DNA of 64,000 bases. Source: Balanoglossus misakiensis (taxonomy: Eukaryota > Animalia > Hemichordata). The translations under genes were made by a program, and so were the position numbers. Every line of letters starts with the position of its first letter. Position 1 is the first letter of the stretch. The stretch covers positions 5,014,699 to 5,078,698 of the forward strand of contig CM082581.2 in assembly GCA_040954595.2 (NCBI GenBank). Reading direction: 5' to 3'. The notes under the pieces were generated by a model, which saw only the letters and a program-made list of their open reading frames with translations, did no database searches and was not told where the DNA came from. Below, piece by piece: positions 12,801-26,000 of the stretch.

Positions 12801-14775
12801 TAATTGCATTTATATTTCATTAATATTCCTGAAATGCGACCAACGCATTCGTCTCAGCTTTGATGTCTTCCCGACGGCGCCCGGCCTGCATATTCCTTTT
12901 CTTAACCTTTTTGTCATCGGCCATTGTCTTGGTAACGAGTCTTTCAGGGGTGCGCGTGGAAAGTGATCCCCAAGTGAAAGGTGTGATGGAAACGAACAAT
13001 AAGCCGGGACAATAGATCCCAGCGAGGGGGGTCTTCCGCATTGAAATTACCCATTATCATAGCACTCAATGCAGACCTCGCGTGCGGGATGTGACAGTCA
13101 TAGTGGCGATTACCACAAAAAAAACCAGACTATATTTGGCAGTTTGATCGTTGACTCCAAGGGCCCTTTGTATTTTCAAGAATCGATTGTTTGTGCACGG
13201 GCAAACAACAGCAAGAGACCCCATACGTGATTTTTATAATCTTCTATTCCAAGTTAATCATTATTTAGCAACATCTGACCAGATCCATGTTAGCTTGACA
13301 ATAAAGTTAATTGCGGATTATCGATGCGGTGTCTCGTCGTATTGTGCCTGGATTCGCGTGGCACGCGATGTTCGATCACGTGGTGGCTAAACCATGGATA
13401 CGAAACAGACAATCACTTCAAGTTTAACTGAAATGAAACTTAGTTATACTGAGGGACTATGATTGTACATCCTAACTTAGTCTTGGATATGACCTGTGAA
13501 ACAAGATGTCTGACCAGCCGCATTATTGGTCATAATCATGTTATATACACTCAGAGATTACAATTTAAAATTGCAAGTACTGGGCAATATTGCAGTATCA
13601 TGACGGAATTCCACTAAAAAGTGAAAAATATAACTCGATCGACGATTCTGTTGCTTTGCCAAACAAATCTGAAGATCCACATTTTTTCTCACTGACCAAA
13701 GTAACGCAAACAAAAAATATTGTACTTGGATTTCAACCTGATAAAACGTTTTGTAATGAAAACAAAATAATTCTGATCAAAATGCTTAAGTGTGCATCCC
13801 TGCCGTAAAACTGGAAAGAAACATTTCAGAGTCATAACATATCATATTGCATTTTTTGTAATCAAAAATACAACCAACGACGCAATTCTAGTCATTTTTT
13901 TTCAAATCCTGGCGATGGTTCATTAGAAACTGAGCACCGTTTTACGCTTTCATTATACTTGTAAAAACATCCATTTCGATATCGTTTGGAAATTGACGAG
14001 ATATTGGCAGATAATCAAATTGTGATACAGTGCCCCTATCGACCGTCACAAACACAAAACCTGCCATCGTTTCTTTTACCTTTATTGGTAAATCGGCCCG
14101 GATTATCACCTCGTCAATGTCAGTCAGCTCCGTTGCAAAATTTAATGTGTGGTGAGATTTGACATTGGCAACAGGTTGCGATTTGAAAGACATCATATTG
14201 GGGGATTAACATTTTCGATTACTCCATAATTCTTAACTTAATCTTGGGATCTCCCCACGTGTTTGTCGTCCACTTATTAATGTTGTGTCCGTTTCTAATT
14301 AACCCCATTGTGAAACTTCGAATAATTCCGGTCTGGTGCCAGAGATCAGTGCCACTATTGGGTTTAATTGTTCCAAAAAATGCAAGCTGTCGATATGCTG
14401 TAAAATAGGGGAAATTTCTTGGTATTACTTTTACTGAAGAGCGGATATTTATTATTGTTATGTATTAAATTAAATTTCTTGCTCTCGCTTTTAATCGACT
14501 AGGCTTCAGTTCTGTGGATATTCTGAAGTCTCTCGTTGTGCGAATTTTGCAACTTGTATTCTAATGACCTGCATCTCTTTGAAAATTGTGAAATAAAAAC
14601 CTCGGAAAATGCATTTTCGGGTTGTTAATTAATGGCATCTAATTATCAGGTGGCTTCCTCAAGCTGGCGAGTTGCATTGTTATTGGCGGCAGCTGTTAAC
14701 GGGGTCTCTGGCGAGGCATTCAACTCCTCCCGTTTAATTTGAATTGCTAATTAACGAGGCAAATACAAAAGCGTG

Positions 14776-14782
14776 TATAAAA
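14776..14782 (+). promoter_or_regulatory. TATA box of homeobox gene 1
   Basis: TATAAAA ~110 bp upstream of the Kozak-context CACCATGG, preceded by a CCAAT (ATTGG) and several TAATT motifs. Confidence 0.65.
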
Positions 14783-14884
14783 GGCTGGAATGTCCAGAAC
14801 TACAGCAACAGATCACACACTGACACTCACCGTGCACGGCCGGGTTACGCTGCAGCCTTGTGATAACATCAACCCCTATCCACC

Positions 14885-16463
14885 ATGGTTCAAGATTCGA
14901 CCCTGAAAGCGAACGCGACCAACGCTCCACCCGTGGCGGAGAGAGTGAAAGCAGACGCGGACGACAGCGAAGTGGCCATGATCTTGACCAAACACCAGCC
15001 GCTGCAACCATCGGCGCTCAACAGAGCCATGCACCACCCGTACATGCCACAGCAACCCGTCGGCCGCGCGGCCCACCAAGGATTCCCTATAAACCAAGCC
15101 ATGAGCGTACAAATCACTCCGGCGCACGGCAACATGGAAAACATACCGTACCAGGATCCGTCTTTGCTACAACGTCACAGGACCGTGTCGCCTTCAGGTA
15201 AATATCGTATTTGCACACAAATTCGTAGATTCACCTCCATCATGATTCAGCTCGCAATCCTTCAAATCTAGTTTGCCTTTGATTCTGCATGGGTAGGCTC
15301 ATAGTATTTCGTTACAAATAGTTTATCAACAGTGCTGTGACACTGTGACAAATAGTGGCGATCACCCCTAGTAATATTTTTTTCTCTGATCGACACATTG
15401 TAATCGGACTGTTAATTATCTTCCAGTTTCCGAGGCTGAATCGGACAGCAGCGGCGAAGGTTCCGTGCGAAGGAAGAAAGCGCGTACTGCTTTCAGCCAA
15501 CAACAGGTGATCGAACTCGAGAAGAAATTCCGCCAGCAGAAATATTTATCGGCCTCCGAGCGCAACACCTTCGCTCAAAAGATCGGGATCTCCGACACTC
15601 AGGTACGTCGAAACGCTCCACCGCCAAAATATACTTGCAGATGTCACAACCTGAAATCTAAAAACGCGCATGCTCCATCAATTTCTTATTTCACACAGCA
15701 TGACGCTGTTCAAGAAAGTTCACGTTAATCCGATAATCGTAAATTAACTAGATTTAAAACACCTCGTTGTTTATGTGTACTGTGCATAACACGGGTGGGC
15801 TTCCTAATCATGTTATCTCTGAAAGAGCATTATCTGTAATCTGATTGCCTGGAATAAAGAAAACAATGAACTGAAAGTACATGGTAACCTCCTGCAACAG
15901 AAACTCTTTTATTCGTCGCATAGCCCTACAAGCGTTCGAGTTAATGTGAGACCACGATAGCAAAATTATACATGTCAGATTGCGTAGATGATCGTACAGA
16001 CCGTTTCAACCGTATATTCACTATTTTAACGATTTTTCATCAGGTGAAGACGTGGTTTCAGAACCGTCGCATGAAGTGGAAACGTCAGCGCAAGGACGAC
16101 CCCGAAGTCAACCATATCGGTAACGTGTACCCAACAGCGCCGTACCCGGCCGGTTCCCCGGTCTACTCCAGTCCAAGCTACCAGCACGTCGGGTCACAAA
16201 TGGTGACCTCACAGGCCCAACCGATGACGACAGTCAGGCTGCCCACCAGCTCGTCCCTCCTGCCACCGGCGTACAACGTCCAGCCACCGCCGACCTACCC
16301 GGCCTGCACTGCCGCTGTACCGCCCACGACGTACGCACCGCCCGCCACGTACGCGCCGACACTCTCCACCTATCACCACGCCGGTTATAACGTCGGCAGC
16401 TTACAATCTTCCCCGCTGAGATCCGTGGCGTCTCCGTATGACGTCGCACACGTCATGTACTGA
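14885..16463 (+). CDS. NKL-class homeobox gene 1, Vent/Ventx-like, 3 exons, ~302 aa
   Basis: Exons 14885-15197, 15427-15602, 16044-16463 (phases 1,0). Homeodomain RKKARTAFSQQQVIELEKKFRQQKYLSASERNTFAQKIGISDTQ|VKTWFQNRRMKWKRQR with an intron between HD residues 44 and 45 and T47/Q50/M54. Pro/Tyr-rich C-terminus. AATAAA at 16679. The homeobox is certain, the Vent family assignment is inferred. Confidence 0.9.
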
Positions 16464-16804
16464 AAACGCTTTGGTGCATCATAGACTGTTTTCTTTCAAA
16501 CAACAACACACGTTACTTTTTTTGCTTTATTAATATTACCCTATTGAGTTGCAATCTTTTCGTGCCATAAAGTATTTTGATTGAACGCTTTTCTATTTTA
16601 TCTCAATCGAATTAATGTATTTCTTTTAAATTAATGTAGCTAAATGCTGATCATACTGTTTATAAATTATTTGTTCCTAATAAATATTGAACACTAACAG
16701 CGTGTTTCACAGATAATACGGATCAGACGTCCGCTTATTTTACTTTGACAAGTTTGTCTACAAGCTTAACTTGTTCGAATCGACACATCGACGCTGCAGG
16801 AACA

Positions 16805-16842
16805 CACGTGAAGTTTATTATTCCACCCACGTGAAGTTTATT
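16805..16842. repeat. Short direct repeat CACGTGAAGTTTATT x2 (E-box containing)
   Basis: Identical 15-mers at 16805-16819 and 16828-16842. Confidence 0.7.
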
Positions 16843-18132
16843 TATTATTACTTTTTGATGTTTGAAAATTAACTTAAGATTGAACATCCATTGTCAACAT
16901 TTTCAAACTAAACATCGCTTCCAAAACACGGAATTCGGACTTCAGGTCATTATTGTTTCTGCTTCACTGAAACTATATAGATTCAGAGCGTAACAAGAAT
17001 GTTTATATTTCATAATGGGGTTGAGTGCGGCTGATCGAAACCGACAAGTTAAAATCATGACAAAAAAATATCAAAGAGCGATATGTAAAATTTCGCTCAC
17101 CATACACCATGATACATAATTACAAAGGTGAGAAAGTCAGAATTATTTTTGAAAATAATCATGACGTGCTTTGTGTATTGATTTGTTACACGAAGGTTAC
17201 AGCCCCCCTTTCTTTTGCCGTTGGATGGCGCCACCGACGATGGGGAATCAAGTTTCGCGCTCCTGTACCGAGAGGAATCGAACTTCACTCTGTCGGTGGT
17301 GGCGCCAACAGTTTGGTCTGACAAGCGGGTGTGCTTGTCAAATTGTCTGGGTCCCTGCCCCGCCCGATCACTTTCGTGAGTGTAGCGCCAGCAGCGCTAG
17401 AAAGGGGACAGGGAACCAGTCGAAAAAGACACTGGCTGACAAGGACACTGTTGTAGCAGCAGATCGGCAAACCTACTGATGAGTTGCAGTTGTGATGGAG
17501 CTAAAAACGTGCACAATAGTTTTTGTACGGAAACAAGGTTTCACACATTTCCCATATGTAAAAACACAACTTTGAATATTAATATCTCGACATCTTTGTT
17601 TAAATAAATTAATAACGTTGACATCACTTCCAATAGCAAAAGAAACCTACATGTACAACATCTTAACAGCATAGGCCCATCATGGTTTACTCTTACCAGC
17701 TCCCTTGTACTGAAAAAACAACACATACACAATGCGCAGTTTTGCATTTAAAGTAAGCGCAGCCAATATTTGACAATCCTTACAAGTCTACATGTACGAC
17801 TCTGAATCGTCCCAACTCACCCGTATTTACAGCGTGATTGTGTATTCTTCAAGTCAACAAAGAATGTTAATCCTTACTGTCACGCATCAATCAAATAAAA
17901 ACGGTGAGGCCGTGTATCCATTCCATTTAATTGCTCCTTTAGATTATTCTTAAATATCTTCGTGTGCTTGATGCGGGTCGATTTATTAAACCTTAACAAT
18001 GGAATAGCCTTTGGCGCGCTTTCCCGGATGGGACCAGGTGGTGCACCCGTCCCACCAAAGTCCGGCCAATTTTGGAATGACAGGCCTTTAGATAGAACTG
18101 AAGGCAGTTGTCTGAGGTGAAAGAGTTAATTA

Positions 18133-18400
18133 GTTGTGCATAGCTTGCAGCAGCACTGCACAAAAATGCGCATAGTAGGCACTTCAGAGATGACGCACAT
18201 GGAGATGGGTATATGAAACTCTTTGGTTATAGCACAGACACTGTGGTCATAGATACATGTACATATGTTGAGCATAGCTTGCAGCAGCACTGCAAAAAAA
18301 TGCGCATAGTAGGCACTTCAGAGATGACGCACATGGAGATGGGTATATGAAACTCTTTGGTTATAGCACAGACACTGTGGTCATAGATACATGTACATAT
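18133..18400. repeat. Tandem duplication, 2 x 134 bp
   Basis: 18133-18266 and 18267-18400 are identical except for two substitutions. Confidence 0.95.
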
Positions 18401-19114
18401 GGGGAGTTGCCGGGATTTGTAAAGGCATTCGGATGCATTTACATTATGTACAGCCATTGTGGTTGGAGGGATAGTGGTACCACGTAGTCCCAGTGGAGCG
18501 GCCGTTAATACAGTTACGGTTTTTAATTGAAGCGGGTACCTTTTTTGTTTGCTGAGATCTAAGAGCAACCACAGAACATTATCCCATCACTTTAATGTGC
18601 CCTGGTATATGAAAAGACCTATGATGTCACTGCAAGGGTAAATGTCGGTACCCATTCATGTTCCCTCAATGCACGTTCATCATCATGGCCTATAAAACAA
18701 GAAAAGGGGTACTTTTGAACAATCCTCTGTGTAAAACTGTTGCGATTCGTGTGTGTTATTAGCGTACTGTGAGTTAAAAAACCTCAACCAGCCTAATGGT
18801 TGACTAAGAGGAGCGCCTGCTAATGCGCGAACCAGGGATTGAAAGTTGCGCCTTTATTATAAAGGATTAGAAAACATATTGCTTTCTCCAAAAACGCAAA
18901 ACTTGATTTTCTTCCTGTCCCTAATTTAGGTGGGTTTTTTTCCGTATTTCGCAAAAAGGGTTGTCTTTTTAATATTGAAAAGTCCTGCTAAGGCGGTATC
19001 TTTAAACTTTGCATTCACAATAAAATAAATGCCCATTTCACCTGAGAATAGTGATGGAAGAGCTGATTAGTTGCGGATAGCGTGTAGCAACACGGCAAAG
19101 AGACCACTGGGCGT

Positions 19115-19208
19115 TAAATGAACGAAGAAAATGGCCGCGTTCCAAAACTGAGCCATGCACCAAGTTGATACATTGGATGCAGTTTTCGTTACGGTAATCA
19201 TTCGTCAT
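19115..19208 (+). repeat. Dispersed ~95-bp repeat, copy 1
   Basis: TAAATGAACGAAGAAaATGGCCGCGTTCCAAAACTGAGCCA...TTCGTCAT is shared with 21186-21284. Confidence 0.85.
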
Positions 19209-21185
19209 TAGGTGTTGAATTTTTCGCCATGTTTTCAGTATTTGTGTTTTGTGTGTCTACTGCCGTTTCTTGTTCAAATCTTTGAAGCATGGTGAAATGC
19301 CAGTGTCCAATAATAATAATAATAATAGCATGATGTTGGGGTACAGCAAGAAATTGTATTCGATACACAGAACAAAAATACTGGGAAAAAAGCCAAAAGT
19401 TACAACTAATGTCTCTTTAAACGACAAACGCACTCGAAACAACCCCAAATGAAAACAAACAAAATTTCTCCCGGCCCATTCTTCTTCTCCCCTAGAGTTG
19501 TCCAAAACATTATTGTTACTGGAACCGATGTTATGCTTGCTAATTTATTGACTCAAAGAAATTGCAAGGAAATGGGCGAGAGACTTGTTTTATCGACAAA
19601 ACAATGGATTAGTTAGTCGCGCTTTGATTTAGTGGCGCCAGCTTCAATGAGTGGCACAATTTGAGAGAAAGGGAAAGTCCACATAGCCGGGAGGCTGGTA
19701 ATAGCGTTTCAGGGGCCGTTGTCACCTTCTCGGGGTTGGCCATTAGGTCAATACAGAACGGTGTGAATAGGTACATTTTATATCTGCCTGGTAATTGTGT
19801 GATTTAATGGTCGCCAGATGCGTTCACGGATGTCACCATCTGTGCCACAAACCATTGGGTTTTATGAGCGGAAAATATGATCATTGGGTTAACAACGTGT
19901 TGCCTAATGATATAATTGCAACTGCCGAGAGTACGGGACCCCTTTTGGCACTTTCGCCGCCAGGAATTGCACGTTAGAAGTCTAATTGAAAGAATACATT
20001 TGAACTTGGCCACAAATTGAATTTCGTCGCACCATTTGCCACATGCATGCCCCAGTTTTCTGCACACAAATACCGCGAAAGTCACAAATGACTAGTTCTT
20101 GCGAGGTATATCATGGTCCCTCCGTTGAAGTGCATAGATATCTGATACAATGAATCATAACCACGTATGATGAACTTTGGTCCCTTTGGACAATCCTCGG
20201 TTACCCCTACGTCACGTTGCACAAATTCAAATCGTATGTTGTTTTTTGGTTCTAAATCATAAACTTGCCTGCAAACACATTGTGAAGAGTGAGTCTGCGT
20301 ACAAAAGTAACAATGCCAAGTTCGCAAATGTGTCCGATTCTACAAAACAGTCGAGAACAGCTGGTTCGTTTGTTGGATTTTGTCCAGAAGATAGATGTCA
20401 CCGCTGTCTATCGAGATCCCACATAGTATGTCATAGCTTCTCACTTTCAAAAGAAAACATGCCCGTGGTCTTATGATTGGCAATATTGATATGCTAATTA
20501 CAATAGGCAATTGTTATTCACGCCCACATGTGTTCTGTCTCTGCTAAAACAACAACGTTGTCTGCGATTTATGTCCGCCGTTGGGTTTAGAGATAGAATC
20601 CTGGAAAATACATTTGTTTCTGTTAGCCCATTATGTGTATTTTATTCCATATTAAGCGAATTCACCCATCCATCCATCATCTATCCACCCATCCATTCAT
20701 CATCCATTTCTCTCTCTCTCTCATAGTTTAGATCCTTCGCTACTCTACTTCACATTAAAGCCAGTAGAGTGTCTATTTTCACATCAAATTACATTAAATT
20801 TTCCTACCATAAACTAGGGATGAGCTCACAAGGTGTATTCATGTGGAGAAAGACGCGAAAACCGTCAATGCCAGATGGGCTATCGAAACAAATGTCTCGG
20901 CACGGACGAGTGTGCGACGCATCAAAATGACTGACGTCGCATGCACGGAGGCTGATACATTTACGAATGTCGAGAATCTGAATGAAAAAAAGTTAGATTT
21001 CATACTCCGGGAGATGTGGCAAAAACAATCGTTTCTTGTTTACTAGAATTGCAAGGATCGCACAGCTTCCGGCACCGAATGGCTTGTTTCAACGTGTTAC
21101 GTCTTTAAGCCGATTACTTCCTTGTCCGGGGGCTATTTTCCATGGAATTCTTCGCTGGGTCCATTGAATATAGTGGAAAGTGCGA

Positions 21186-21284
21186 TAAATGAACGAAGAA
21201 GATGGCCGCGTTCCAAAACTGAGCCAGGAACAAATTAAAGTTGATAAACTCGGTGCAGCTTTCGTTATGGTCTTCGTTCGTCAT
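21186..21284 (+). repeat. Dispersed ~95-bp repeat, copy 2
   Basis: Near-identical first 41 bp to the 19115 copy, with a more diverged 3' half. GAACGAAGA...TCTTCGTTC inverted ends. Confidence 0.85.
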
Positions 21285-21629
21285 CGTATTTGAGTCATCC
21301 GTCGATTAAGGTATTTTTTTCTCTGTGTACAAATGTATTTCACGAATATTCAAGATTGCTTTCGTACATTTCAATTAAAACGAATATGGCGGTGGTAACA
21401 ATGGAAACACGGATGGTCGAATTGCAATTGATAATTACAATTTAAACACCACAATGTTAACCGCCAATTGCTGCGGTTTATTTATTAACGGGGTAATTTT
21501 CACGTTGTTTATCGTCGTCTCAGCTCTTCAAAACATTTGCCCCCATTGATGTGATCCATTCAGCCGTGGTTTGTTGTAAAACATAAATTGGGCCGATTGT
21601 TATGGTAAATTCGCGCCAAGCCCCCGTGG

Positions 21630-21637
21630 TATATAAG
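21630..21637 (+). promoter_or_regulatory. TATA box of homeobox gene 2
   Basis: TATATAAG 110 bp upstream of the ATG at 21740, the same spacing as in gene 1. Confidence 0.55.
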
Positions 21638-21739
21638 AAGGAAACATCCCCGGTGATTTGCCACTTTTCTTCTGACCACGGCGAGAGCGACGTCCATCCT
21701 CAAATCTCTCCACCCACGTCCACCACCACCCTCCACGAC

Positions 21740-23044
21740 ATGACGCAAGAAAAAGTGACCGCCATCGCAGTCGCGCGGCCGAGTGATGACAGCGACGATG
21801 ACGAATTAGTCATCGATATTTTGTCCGACGGTGATGAGATGTCGACAGAATCAAGACTACAGGAAATCGCTCCATCTTCACCTACAAGTAAGTGATGGAA
21901 TATCTAATACAATTGCGTTCATGTAAGATAATTCGTTGAGTTTCGATCGCCAACAAATGCGAGGTTTACGATGCAGTACTGGTCCTTGCTCTCCAATACA
22001 AAACTCAGAGGGGTGACAGTAAGACTACGGACCCGCAGCAATGCCGGTCTTTGATGACACTGGTGCTCGTCCAACAAATTCATGAGATATGGAAAAGTTC
22101 CCAACACCTCCCAAATGGTTTCAATAATTTCTTATTCAACATTTTTCCCTTTTTCTTATTTTCCTCAGCATCAGAAAGCAATTCCGACTGCAGCGGGGAT
22201 GGCTGCCACGGGAGGAGACGAAAAAGAGCCCGCACGGCGTTCAGTAATGAACAGATTTCAAAACTCGAGAAGAAGTTCAACCAACAGAAGTACTTGGCTC
22301 CCGTCGAACGTGAAGAGTTTGCGGAGGAAGTGGGACTCTCAGAAATGCAGGTAAATATCGAGTTTCCCTGTTCAATTTTATGAATCTGCCTTGGAACAAA
22401 AAATACATCAGATTTTAAGATTATTTCAAGGAATTTTTTCACCAAGAGATATAATATCTCCTCGTTCTTGTTGATATTATTTAATTTTCCTAGACACATT
22501 ACCCATTTGCAATGTTTACTTACTTTATACGATACATCATCCATCACATCACGATACACTACACGCCGAAATAGAAATTAGCAAAACACGCGTTGTAATA
22601 ATGTCTGTCCGTTTCACCCAACAGGTCAAAACTTGGTTTCAGAACCGCCGGATGAAGTGGAAAAGACAACCGAGGCCAGACTCTGACGTTTCCGATACTG
22701 AAAGTCGCCTGAGTGGTTATATGGAGGCGCCGATTTATCCCGGCCCAGCTTACCCAGCGCATCGTCCCATGTTTCCTTCCTCTCTCCCACGACCGGTCAT
22801 TCCAGCGTCTCAACCGCAACCCATGACGACCGTTCATCTACAGCCACCGAGACCCGCACAGTACCTTCGGCCACACTGCGGCTACCCGATGCCGGCTGCC
22901 GTGCCCCATCACTACGCCCCCTTCGCACACCATTTGCCGGCGAGACCCTACGTTGCCCCGTCGCACAGGTATTTCCCAGGCTACCGCGTAGTTCCCACGT
23001 CGTTCAGGCCAATACACGGACACCTCACGCTGGCACAGTTCTGA
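21740..23044 (+). CDS. NKL-class homeobox gene 2, Vent/Ventx-like, 3 exons, ~249 aa
   Basis: Exons 21740-21887, 22169-22350, 22625-23044 (phases 1,0). HD RKRARTAFSNEQISKLEKKFNQQKYLAPVEREEFAEEVGLSEMQ|VKTWFQNRRMKWKRQP. An upstream in-frame ATG at 21602 lies 5' of the TATA box, so 21740 is preferred. Confidence 0.88.
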
Positions 23045-26000
23045 AACGACGGTCGGACTAATAGCATAACACAACACCACAAATTTATCAGCGTAAACTA
23101 GCACGCGGGTTGTGGTGTAACTCCCCACAATTATTCATATGAACTTGCCAAACGAAATAATCATATCTGTGAATTCGCCCATCATTCATATTTGAGAGAC
23201 AAGCATGTACATTTGTATTCGAATGCTGAACATTCATTGCCATTGTAAATATAATCTATAGGTTGTATTTTAAAATTTATTTATTTACGTATACGTTTTT
23301 AAAATAAAATTTTTCAAAAGCAACATTGTCTTTACGCATGTTTGTAGATGTGTGAGTGAAAATGAATTGTTCAGTGCGATCAGTTTAACTTTTTTTTACC
23401 AAACGAATTTGTTTTTATCTTGCCTAAATCCACATATTGCTGGATATCATAAATGCACATATAAATTCGTCTCCAAAATCAGGAATAGAAAGCAACAAAA
23501 ATGATATAATCGAAAAGAAAACCTTCCGTTTGTTGGCTACTTTGGGTTAATCATTCAGCCCGCATTGGTTCCTAATCTCTTGTGAGTTTTAACATGTGTC
23601 AACTTTTTAAAGAGGGGTCGGGAACTGTTACTGACTTCATGGCCACGAGTAAAATAGTCATTATTTGAAATGATCGGTTTGGCTGTTACAATTTCCCGGA
23701 ACGAGGGAACGTCGGTCGTCGAATATTACCGTGGGGTTAATTAGTTTTGCGAGACGGATAGAAGCCCAGTTGATCATTGATAGTGTAATTTGGCAGTATC
23801 CAATGAATAGTGTTGGCAATACCCCGATTGTGTTTTAACTTGTTAAGTGCGCTTAATCCCCCAATGGGGTGTGAGACTGCCATTAAGGTGCCAATTGTTC
23901 CAAACACAGCCCAACAATGAATTGGGCTGGCTTGTATTCTTACCTGGCGCCAGCGGCGAACCACAAACATCGACGGCTCGTTGAGAAATGATAGTTGTCA
24001 ACATTCTCTCGCTCCTGCCATGTTCCCGCGTTATGTAAGCAGTTGCTCACCGCTCGCCTCTCCCCATGCTCTCCCCAGCAGATGGAAACCACCAACAGTG
24101 GAACTTTATGCGGGCACATGCATATATGCTTTATGAAAAAAACGTACCAAATGAGACTCTTAATAGCCAAGCATAATTCTAACCTCTCCATTAAAGAAAT
24201 TCTCGAAGCCGACACCTCCAATATTTCATTACTGTCAGTTATTTAAGTGTTGCTGTTGTAATTCCATCATTATATCGTATTAGGAATAAACTGAACTCAT
24301 GAATAACCCCAACATTTCGAAAAATGGCAATTTTATGTCAAAGTTTCAATGGCGACGGGACAAGATATACATCAAAGTGATCCCACAACATTCACATGTG
24401 CATATGCATGGACGACATTTACATCCACTTTTACGCGAAGATGACCATCCTTAAATGTGGCACGCAGTTTAATGTGATGGTATAGACGATTAACAAAGCA
24501 AAAACAGTACTAGTCATCCGATTGCAGTCATATAATGGTGCCTCGTACATTTGCGCAGAATCAAACCCGTGTGATATTCGTCAAAATTTCATGAAATACT
24601 TTAATGAGTTAGTTTTGCATTTGCGCATTACAGTGGCTCTTGTTTTTGTAAAAATATGCTTGTTTTTCTTGCACATCACCATGAAGAAAGAATCGTCGTT
24701 GTGTGACACTGTTGTTAGAAGAATTAACTCCCAAGAAAGTTCTTTACAAAAACAGAAGTTTCGGATTTGTTTTAAGTTTATTTCATAAACTATCTTCGTC
24801 TTTGCATTTGCGGATCTTCAACTACAACGTCTCTATTACCGCTTAGTTACGTTGCCTATACGCAAAACAGCCGACGTCGTGATTTCTAACTTGTTTATTC
24901 TTCTGGTGACCAATTTGCAACGTGTGAAATTCTAATTGAAATCACACATTTTAATACTTTCACTTTTCACTTCAGCCACGCACACATCTGTATATGCAAA
25001 TGTCATCTGGCGCCAGGCTGGTGGTGGTCCTGGCCAGATATGGCTGAAGATCATTGACATGTAAAGCGATCTTTTTTTAACCCTTTCACGGGTTTCTAAC
25101 AACTCCTGAAAGGCGAATGGCCAATGCAATATGGTAAAACAATAGAAGTGTGAATCTGGCGTCAATAAACGGCCAGTCAACCCACTGTTTTCTTGTATCG
25201 GAACTGACACCAATACTTTACATCGATTTATTTAATGAATCAAGTTATGAATCCATGAGTTAATTAGTCACAGGATAATTAGAATTGATCACAATATTGA
25301 TACTCATGGTTACGACACTATAGTATTGCTGTAATTTCATTTGTAGACCAATAAATTGTGTGCCTATTAGTGCGTATACACAAAGAGAAAATATTTGCTT
25401 TTTTGCTTGAGGTGCGGGCGATTGTTTTCAGATAATGATTTTCTTTCAGCAATATTACAATTTCAAGCCGTTTTTTTCAATTGCAACCTACCTACACCCC
25501 TTTCGTTTTTGAAAGCTAACGTGTGATTTTACGTGAAAAGTAAAACAACCAGAGCGTGAAATACGTTAATCAGTCAAACTGTATGTACTATATTTGGTCA
25601 CAGACTGTCTATGATTTGGTCACAAGTTCTTGTGGAGTGCGAGGGTTGTGATGTGGCGTGGCTTTGAGCATTGAGTGCGATAAATGCCACCTTCATCCAC
25701 TGGCTGTTTAAAGAGACACAATCGATAACTTTTGACTTTTGGTTGTTTTATTTTGATACGCGATTTATATTGTTGCATTCACCAATTTCCCAACAACATA
25801 AAGGCCATTGCACATGGATATTTTCATCATCTAATTTTTGGCCAGTACCAAAAATTACATTCCAGATTCATATTGTAATCTTATACCCGTGTACAACTTG
25901 TGCAGGCTGGGCTGTGACACGCGGTCACTATTCATGTCTCAATGGGCATAACAACATAATTACCCCAATCAAAAGGAATAAAAAATAGTCTGAAACTTTG

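Noticed and set aside
21602-21739. Longer N-terminus for homeobox gene 2 from ATG 21602
   Set aside because: This ATG lies upstream of the TATA box at 21630. ATG 21740 gives the same TATA-to-ATG spacing as gene 1.
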